Source: Alphaproteobacteria bacterium (GTDB lineage Bacteria; Pseudomonadota; Alphaproteobacteria; Bin95). From it: 64,000 nucleotides of DNA. Below, in pieces: positions 57,322 through 64,000 of the stretch. How positions within the stretch are numbered: the first letter of the stretch is position 1; each line of letters opens with the position of its first letter. The notes below the pieces were generated by a model, which saw only the letters and a list, made by a program, of their open reading frames with translations, did no database searches and had not been told where the DNA came from. The stretch is taken from the NCBI GenBank assembly GCA_965205265.1, contig CBDBGH010000003.1, forward strand, positions 2,592,001 through 2,656,000, written 5' to 3'. The translations under genes and the position numbers were made by a program.

Positions 57322-57933
57322 TCAGGCCGCCTGCCCCGGTTCGGCGTCGGCGAAGGCAAACCGCATCCGCGGCTTCGCCCGCGCTATCGGCGTCTCTTCC
57401 ATCGCCGGGGCTTCGGACAGCGCAGCCAGCGGCTCGGGTTCCGCCGCCGCCGCCGGCTCCCCGGCTTCCGCTTCGGCAGCGCCGTCCTCGTCCTCCACCG
57501 TCCCGCCGACGGCCTTTTCCGCCTTTTCCGCCGCCTCAGCCATCGCCTCCAGGTGCTTCAGCATCCCCTTGCCGACCTGGTAGGCGCTCTGGAGGTTCTC
57601 CATGACCAGCGCCGCGTCGGTGTAGTCCTCGCCGTAGTCCACCAGATTGTCGAGATTGGCGAGCACCGGGTTGGACCGCCAGAGCTGCCGCAAGGCGCGG
57701 CGACGCAGCCGCTCCGGCACCGCGTCGGACATGAAGGCGGAGAAGTCGTCGCCCTGCTTCATGCTGTCGGGGTCGGGTAGCTCCAGCTCGGCCAGCACTT
57801 CTTCGTCCGGGCGTTCCTCCAGCGCCGCCTGCTCCTCTGCGGCGCGGACCTCGAGTTCCGCCTCCTCGCGGACGCGCTCTTCCGCCGCCACCGCCGCCTT
57901 GCGGCGCGACCAGAAATCGGCCTGCGCGCTCAA
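57322..57933 (-). CDS. DUF3306 domain protein
   Basis: WSRRK, LPDPD, LRRRALRQLW, LDNLVDYGEDYT; TTG start inferred. Confidence 0.85.
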   Translation of the reverse strand: MSAQADFWSRRKAAVAAEERVREEAELEVRAAEEQAALEERPDEEVLAELELPDPDSMKQGDDFSAFMSDAVPERLRRRALRQLWRSNPVLANLDNLVDYGEDYTDAALVMENLQSAYQVGKGMLKHLEAMAEAAEKAEKAVGGTVEDEDGAAEAEAGEPAAAAEPEPLAALSEAPAMEETPIARAKPRMRFAFADAEPGQAA

Positions 57934-58490
57934 GGGAGCGCCTCCGCGCGCCTTGGCGCGCGATAGACATCCGACATCTGGCGAATGCGCGGATCGCCCT
58001 TGCCGTCCTCGGAGAGATCGACCCGCCGCCTGTCGCGCCGGCGCTTGACGAAGGGCTCCTCCTCGTGATGGCGCTCGATGAAGTCGCGCACTACCGCCAC
58101 CAGGCCTTCCGGCATCGGCGCCTGGTCGACGATCTCCTCGCCGCTGTCCATATAGTCCTGCGCCTCGTAGGGAGACGCCGTGGCCAGCACGACTTCGAGT
58201 TCCTGCGGCGCATCCTCGCCGGTCGTCCGGCGCATGACCACATAGACCGCCGGCACGCGCGCCGCGAGGCCGGTCATATAGGCCTCGACATCGGCGGCCC
58301 AGAACTCCAGCGGCACGGTGGCCGCGTGGTATTCGACGGTCTCGCCCTCGCGCCTGATCTCGCGCCAGTCCGCCGGCGCGGCACCGGGCACGACATCCGC
58401 AACTGTCCACGACCACCGCGCCCAACGGCTCGCCGCCGGGCTGCGGCGGAGAATGATTCCGAGCGGCAATGACAACGCGCTCGCCGGCAT
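57930..58490 (-). CDS. DUF3305 domain protein
   Basis: SRWARWSW, TASPYEAQ, FVKRRRD; FDH cluster context. Confidence 0.85.
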   Translation of the reverse strand: MPASALSLPLGIILRRSPAASRWARWSWTVADVVPGAAPADWREIRREGETVEYHAATVPLEFWAADVEAYMTGLAARVPAVYVVMRRTTGEDAPQELEVVLATASPYEAQDYMDSGEEIVDQAPMPEGLVAVVRDFIERHHEEEPFVKRRRDRRRVDLSEDGKGDPRIRQMSDVYRAPRRAEALP

Positions 58491-58805
58491 AATGCCGATC
58501 TCCTCCGGGCAGACACCCCATCGTTTCCGCGCAAGACGGTACGCTGCCCTGCGACAATAATGTACCCCTTTCCGCCCCCTGCCAACAGAAAAAACCGTTT
58601 TCTCCGGCGCCGCTGCCGCCCGTGTTTCCGGCGGTCTGGACAGGCGGCCGGAAGGGACCATACTTATCCGGTGCGCGGCGGGGGCGACGCCCCCGGAAAC
58701 CGCCGCCCGGCCCCCGGAGAAAGTTCGCTCCGACGGCCCCCCGGCGCGGCGGCGACATGACAAGCCTGCAGCCGGTCCGCAGCGGCTTGTCCGGAGGACA
58801 GGGAC

Positions 58806-60767
58806 ATGGCCGGTATCCTGCTCGTGTGCGATTGCGCCCACAGCCAGACCGTCGATTCGGACAGCATCGAGGCGGGCGCGGGCATCGCCTGCTCGCGCCT
58901 CCACAGCGCGCTCTGCACGACGGAAGCCGGCGCCGCCGCGAAAGCCATACAGGACGGCAATGCCGTCATCGCCTGCCAGCAGGAATGGGCGCGCTTCGAG
59001 GAGATCGCGGAGGAGCTTGAGGCTCCCGTCCCGCTGCTGGTCGATATCCGCGACCGCGCCGGGTGGTCCGACGAGGCCGCCGGGGCCGGCCCCAAACAGG
59101 CGGCGCTGGTGGCCCAGGCGCTGCTCGCCGCGCCGCAGACCCGGACCGTGGATGTGGTCTCCGAGGGGCGCTGCCTCGTGATCGGCGGCGAGGCCGCGGC
59201 GCTGGCGGCGGCGGAGCGCCTGGCCGAGCCGATGTCGGTCACCGTGCTGCTTGCCGAGCCGCCGGAAGACCTGCCGGTGGACCGCCGCTTCGAGGTCGTG
59301 GTCGGCAGGCTGCGGACGGCCGCAGGCGCGCTCGGCGGCTTCCGGCTGCGGATCGACGGCCTCCGGCAGATGGAGCCCGGCGGGCGCGGCGCCTTCGCCT
59401 TCTCCGAGCCCCGCGACGGCGCGGAGAGCGAGTGCGACTCGATTCTCGACATTTCCGGCGCGGCGCCGCTTTTCCCCGCCCACGAGAAGCGCGAGGGCTA
59501 TTTCCGGGCCGACCCGGGCGATCCGAACGCCGTCGCCGCCGCCGTGTTCGAGGCCGGACAGACGGTCGGCACCTTCGAGAAACCCCTCTATGTGCGGCTG
59601 GAGGAAAGCCTCTGCGCCCACTCGCGCGCCAGCCAGCGCGGCTGCAACAAGTGCCTCGACATCTGCCCGACAGGCGCCATCGCGCCGGCGGGCGACCATG
59701 TGGCGGTCGATCCGATGGTCTGCGCCGGCTGCGGGTCCTGCTCGGCCGTCTGCCCGTCCGGCGCCATATCCTTCGATGCGCCGCCGGTGGCCTCGCTCTT
59801 CCGCCGCATGGAGGCGCTTTCCGGGGCCTACCGCAAGGCCGGGGGCGCGGCACCGCGCCTGCTGGTCACGGACCGCAGCTTCGGCGCGGAGATGGTGGCT
59901 CTCTCGGCGCGCTTCGGGCGGGGCCTTCCGGCCGATGTCATCCCCTTCGAGGTCGAGGCGATTGCGGGCTTCGGCCATGCCGAAATGCTGGCGGCGCTTG
60001 CGGGCGGATTCGCCTCGGTGGATCTGCTGCTGCCACCGCGGGTCGAGGACGAGGCGCCGCGCCGCGAGCTCGCGCTGGCGCAGGCGATGGGCGGCGAGGG
60101 GCGGCTCGGCCTGCTGGAGGTCGGCGACCCCGATGCGCTGTCGGAGGCGCTCTACGACCGCGAGGCTGCCGCAGAGCCGGCCGAGCCCGTGCTCGCGCTC
60201 GGCTCCCGCCGGCAGGTCGCACGGCTGGCGGCGCAGGCGCTGAACCCGGCCGGCGCCATGCTGCCCTTGCCCGAGGGCGCGCCCTACGGCTCGGTCAATG
60301 TGGATACCGACGCCTGCACGCTCTGCCTCGCCTGCGCCTCGCTCTGCCCCTCCGGCGCACTCGGCGACAATCCCGACCTGCCCCAGCTCCGGTTCCAGGA
60401 GGATGCCTGCCTGCAATGCGGGCTCTGCGTGCAGGTCTGCCCGGAGGACGCGGTTGCGCTGGAGCCCCGGCTGGACCTCTCCGACGCCGCGCTGGAACAG
60501 CGGGTTCTCAACGAGGAAGAGCCCTATGAATGCATCGAGTGCGGCAAGCCCTTCGGCGTGAAGTCCACGGTGGAGCGGATCGTGGCGCAGCTGGCCGGCA
60601 AGCACTCCATGTTCGCGGGTGCGGACGCCTCCCGGCTCATCCGCATGTGCGACGACTGCCGCATCAATGCGCAGTACCACGCCGCGGACAACCCCTTCGC
60701 CATGGGCGAGCGGCCCCGCGTGCGCACCACCGAGGACTATCTCCGCGACCGCAGCAAGGATCATTGA
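58806..60767 (+). CDS. Large multi-4Fe-4S protein of the FDH cluster
   Basis: CNKCLDICP, CAGCGSC..CP, CTLCLAC..CP, CLQCGLC..CP, C..CGKPFG. Confidence 0.9.
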   Translation: MAGILLVCDCAHSQTVDSDSIEAGAGIACSRLHSALCTTEAGAAAKAIQDGNAVIACQQEWARFEEIAEELEAPVPLLVDIRDRAGWSDEAAGAGPKQAALVAQALLAAPQTRTVDVVSEGRCLVIGGEAAALAAAERLAEPMSVTVLLAEPPEDLPVDRRFEVVVGRLRTAAGALGGFRLRIDGLRQMEPGGRGAFAFSEPRDGAESECDSILDISGAAPLFPAHEKREGYFRADPGDPNAVAAAVFEAGQTVGTFEKPLYVRLEESLCAHSRASQRGCNKCLDICPTGAIAPAGDHVAVDPMVCAGCGSCSAVCPSGAISFDAPPVASLFRRMEALSGAYRKAGGAAPRLLVTDRSFGAEMVALSARFGRGLPADVIPFEVEAIAGFGHAEMLAALAGGFASVDLLLPPRVEDEAPRRELALAQAMGGEGRLGLLEVGDPDALSEALYDREAAAEPAEPVLALGSRRQVARLAAQALNPAGAMLPLPEGAPYGSVNVDTDACTLCLACASLCPSGALGDNPDLPQLRFQEDACLQCGLCVQVCPEDAVALEPRLDLSDAALEQRVLNEEEPYECIECGKPFGVKSTVERIVAQLAGKHSMFAGADASRLIRMCDDCRINAQYHAADNPFAMGERPRVRTTEDYLRDRSKDH

Positions 60768-60786
60768 ATTCCGGAGGGAGGACGCG

Positions 60787-61809
60787 ATGAGCATCGCCGC
60801 GCAGACCCCGTTCGCGGCCCCGGTTGTGGAGCGCCTGTCGGTCCGGGTGGTCGTCGATTCGCATTACGAGCGCTTCCTGCCGCGCGCCGAGCACGAGCAT
60901 GTGACGATCGAGCATGTGGGCCAGATCCCCGGCCGGCCGATGACGACGCTCGCCGGCGAATGGGGCCTGGCGCTCCATCTGGAATCGCGCGCCGGGGGCG
61001 CAACCGCGCAATACATGCTGGATTTCGGCTTCACGCCGGAGATCATCAACCGCAACACCTCGCTGCTGGACATCGACCCGGCGAAGCTGGACGGGCTGAT
61101 CCTGAGCCACGGCCACCGCGACCACTATGGCGGGCTCGACGGCTTCGTGACGCAGCACCGCAAGGCGATGAAGTCCGACCTCTCGCTCTATGTTGGCGCG
61201 GAGGAGGCGTTCTCGGTGCGCTGGGTGCCGACCGGGCCGCCGCCGAAGCCGGGGGGCAAGCGGGAATATGTCTCGTGGGGCGCGCCCGACCGGACGAGCC
61301 TGGTGGCGCAGAACGTCATGCCCGTCTGCTGCCCGCATCCGCACGCGCTGCCGGGCCCCTTCACCACGGGCTACATCACCCGCGACACCTTCGAAGTCGT
61401 GACCGGCGGCTCGATGCTGGCCCCCTACGACCATTTCTCCGAGGCGGAACGGCGCGGCGAACTGGTGCGCGACAGCCACCCGGAGGAGCACGCGACCTGC
61501 TACATCGTCAGGGGGCGCGGCCTGGTGGTGATCTCGTCCTGCGGCCATGCCGGCATCGTCAACTCGGTGAAGACGGCAATGGCGGTCTCGGGCGTCGACA
61601 GGCTCCACGCGGTGATCGGCGGCTTCCACCTGGCGACCGCCAAGCCCGACTATATCGAGCACACCATCGACGAGCTGGAGCGCCTGGCTCCCGACGTGGT
61701 GGTCCCGATGCACTGCACCGGTCCGGCCTTCATCGAGGCCATGCGCCGCCGCATGCCGGAGCGGCTCGTCGCTTCCAATCTGGGCAGCCGGTTCATTTTC
61801 GGGGTGTAG
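60787..61809 (+). CDS. MBL-fold metallo-hydrolase
   Basis: SHGHRDHYG, SCGHAG, GGFHL, PMHCTG. Confidence 0.9.
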   Translation: MSIAAQTPFAAPVVERLSVRVVVDSHYERFLPRAEHEHVTIEHVGQIPGRPMTTLAGEWGLALHLESRAGGATAQYMLDFGFTPEIINRNTSLLDIDPAKLDGLILSHGHRDHYGGLDGFVTQHRKAMKSDLSLYVGAEEAFSVRWVPTGPPPKPGGKREYVSWGAPDRTSLVAQNVMPVCCPHPHALPGPFTTGYITRDTFEVVTGGSMLAPYDHFSEAERRGELVRDSHPEEHATCYIVRGRGLVVISSCGHAGIVNSVKTAMAVSGVDRLHAVIGGFHLATAKPDYIEHTIDELERLAPDVVVPMHCTGPAFIEAMRRRMPERLVASNLGSRFIFGV

Positions 61810-61821
61810 GGCCGGAGAGAG

Positions 61822-62787
61822 TCAAAATCCCCGGTCTCCCGGTTGGGCGAGCGCGCGGCGGACCACGGCCCGCATGAGGTGGACGACGGCGGCATTGTCT
61901 TCCACTGGCACGCCATCGACGGCCGCGACCACCCTGCCGCTGCCGCCGTCCGTCAATCCGAGTTCGACGCCGTGTTCGACAATGGCGCGCTCCTCTTCCG
62001 GCGTGTGGCACAGTTCGGGGTCGCCCCGCCTGAGCGCGAGCGCCGCAACAACGCCGTAGCAGCCGATATTGGACGAGGTGCCGACGACCAGGACATCGGC
62101 CGGCATCACCGTGAAGATCCCGCCGCCGCAGGCGGTCTTCTCCTTCAGGTTGAACGCCGGCATCCGCGCGCAGAGCGCGTCGTAAATCTTTCCGAAGCCG
62201 ACCTCGTTGCCGCCGTCGCCGACGCCGAGGGTGGGCTTGCCCGACTCCGTCATCGCCCGGAACAGGCGGTCCACGTTCGAGCGGAAGGGGTGGCGCGGCG
62301 TTCCGGTGACGCCGTAGAGATTGCCGTGCGGGTTGCCGCCGTGGCGCTCCACCGCCACCGCCATATCCAGCTCCGCCGCGATGGCTTCCTGCTGCGCGGT
62401 GTCGTGCAGGCCGAGATGGACGGTCGGCGCGTCGAGGCCGCAGCGCGCCGCGAGCGCCTCTATCGGCGGCGCGGCCGGCGGGTCGGTATAGAAGCCGATC
62501 CGGTGCCCCAGGGCGGCAAGCGCGCGGGCCAGCACGACCGCGCCCAGCGGGCCGTCATTCTCGCCGGCGGGCATGCGGTCGGGCACGGCCGCGCCGGTCA
62601 CGATCCCGATATGCGCCGGCGGCCGCTCGAGCAGTTCGGCGGCAGCGAGGGTGAGTGGCCGGCCCTCGGCTTCCCGCGCCGCCTCGTAAAGGCCCGTCTT
62701 GACGCCATGCGGCAGGGCGGCACCCTGAAGCTCCAGGCATGAAAGCCGGTCTAGGTTCTCGTAGACTGCTTCGACATTCGCTTCCAC
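61822..62787 (-). CDS. D-glutamate cyclase (DUF4392) domain protein
   Basis: VTG, ENDGP.G, VER, GVGDGGNEVG, SN.G. Confidence 0.8.
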   Translation of the reverse strand: MEANVEAVYENLDRLSCLELQGAALPHGVKTGLYEAAREAEGRPLTLAAAELLERPPAHIGIVTGAAVPDRMPAGENDGPLGAVVLARALAALGHRIGFYTDPPAAPPIEALAARCGLDAPTVHLGLHDTAQQEAIAAELDMAVAVERHGGNPHGNLYGVTGTPRHPFRSNVDRLFRAMTESGKPTLGVGDGGNEVGFGKIYDALCARMPAFNLKEKTACGGGIFTVMPADVLVVGTSSNIGCYGVVAALALRRGDPELCHTPEEERAIVEHGVELGLTDGGSGRVVAAVDGVPVEDNAAVVHLMRAVVRRALAQPGDRGF

Positions 62788-62886
62788 GGCCGGTCCTCCT
62801 CTTTCCCGGTGCCGAGGCCGCCTGACGCCGCCAGTGCCCCGAACAAGGGCCTCGCAGCCATGCCGGGCGGAGGACCCGGTCGAGAG

Positions 62887-63170
62887 TCAGGCGGCCTTGG
62901 AGGACGGATCGGCAGGAGGCGGATCCGGCAGGGGCGTCAGGTCGCGGCGCATGAACACCGCCTCCAGCAGCCCTTCGATACGCGCCACCCGGTCGCGCAA
63001 CTCGTTCATCTCGCTGCGTAGCCCGCCGATCTCGCGCGTATCTCGTTGCGGAACGCCTCGATCTCGCCGCGAAGTTCGTTGCGCAGCGCGCGTATGTCCT
63101 GACGCAACCATGCGAACAGGCCCAGGATCAGCGCCCCGAGCGCAACGAAACCGGCGAGATTGGCATCCAT
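62887..63170 (-). pseudogene. Frameshifted small TM + coiled-coil protein
   Basis: ATG at 63170 gives MDANLAGFVALGALILGLFAWLRQDIRALRNELRGEIEAFRNEIR, which continues in another frame as EIGGLRSEMNELRDRVARIEGLL; shift at about 63031-63038. Confidence 0.75.
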
Positions 63171-63288
63171 GCGGCGACTTTAGCGGCGGCGGCCCGCTCC
63201 GTCCACGCCCTTTCCGCTCTCGGGAAGTTCGAGCTTGCGCGGCAGTCTGCTGTAGCGGAGGCGTTCCAAGCACGGGCTCCGCGCCATC

Positions 63289-64000
63289 CTACGCCTCCCC
63301 CACCGGGGTCATGGTGACTTCGTGGCGGCTGGTCTGGCTGCCGGCGCTGCGGAGCACGCCCCTGACCGGGGCCACGTCGGAATAGTCGCGGCCCCGCGCA
63401 ACCGCAACATGGCCGTCGCCGGCGAGGCAGGCATTGGTCGGGTCGTATTCCACCCAGCCGGCCCCCTGCCCGCACCAGGCCCGCACCCAGGCGTGCATCG
63501 CGTCCGCCCCCTGCAGGCGCGGCCTGCCCGGCGGCGGGTCGGTGCGCAGGAAGCCGCTCACATAGCCCGCCGGGATGCCGAGCGCGCGCAGGCACGCGAT
63601 CATCGCATGGGTGAAGTCCTGGCAGACGCCGCGCCCGCGCCGGAAGGCCTCCAGTGCCGGCGTGTCCACTTCGGTCGCATCCGCGTCGAACGCCATGTCG
63701 CGGTGGAGCGCCAGCCCGACCGCCTCCACCGCTTCCGCCGCGCCTGCGCCCGCCGGCAGGGCCGCGCGCGCATAATCCGCGAATTCCGGCTCCTCCGGCA
63801 GGCGCGGCGAGGCGGCGAGGAAATGGTGCGGCGCGTCCGGCGCGAGCGAGCGGATGGCGGCCATGTCCTCCGCCAGCGCGGCCGGCGGCGGCGAGCCGGG
63901 CAGCGCGCTCCGCCCCGCCTCGCGGCGCACGCGCGCGGCCAGCGAATAGACGACCTCTTCATGCGCGCCGGCGAAGGCCAGGTCCGTCGCCATGTTCCCG
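63289..64000 (-). CDS. Transglutaminase family protein (5' end outside the window)
   Basis: GVCQDF, YVSG, HAW, DPTN, GRDY.DV.P. Confidence 0.92.
   Translation of the reverse strand, partial: GNMATDLAFAGAHEEVVYSLAARVRREAGRSALPGSPPPAALAEDMAAIRSLAPDAPHHFLAASPRLPEEPEFADYARAALPAGAGAAEAVEAVGLALHRDMAFDADATEVDTPALEAFRRGRGVCQDFTHAMIACLRALGIPAGYVSGFLRTDPPPGRPRLQGADAMHAWVRAWCGQGAGWVEYDPTNACLAGDGHVAVARGRDYSDVAPVRGVLRSAGSQTSRHEVTMTPVGEA

Noticed and set aside
61822-62787. Functional link between the D-glutamate cyclase and the hydantoinase/oxoprolinase at 6540-10192
   Set aside because: More than 50 kb apart with no shared regulatory evidence

Overview
High-GC alphaproteobacterial DNA (Rhodospirillales-like gene content; a host-associated lifestyle such as a sponge symbiont is only my inference). 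The left 6.1 kb is the 5' part of a giant minus-strand surface protein gene (FN3, cadherin, Calx-beta and putative Ig repeats) that the ORF track misses. Its likely ATG is out of frame because of a 6-unit CGCTCGG heptamer repeat, so it looks like a phase-variable gene in the OFF state. The rest is mostly catabolic and housekeeping genes: hydantoinase/oxoprolinase A+B, sigma54-type amtB-glnK, a 2-oxoacid/acetoin dehydrogenase E1a/E1b/E2, a proline racemase family enzyme, fzlA/uppP, oxalate-CoA ligase and PanE-like genes, BVMO plus esterase, rmuC plus a class III cyclase, and a full formate dehydrogenase cluster. The main unexplained structure is a pair of homologous cassettes (about 11200-11990 + and 22645-23990 -). 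Each has an extended -10 promoter, a conserved ~230-nt structured leader, an unrelated orphan ORF, REP-like hairpins and 10-bp CATGACATTT repeats. I found no tRNA, rRNA, CRISPR array or transposase.
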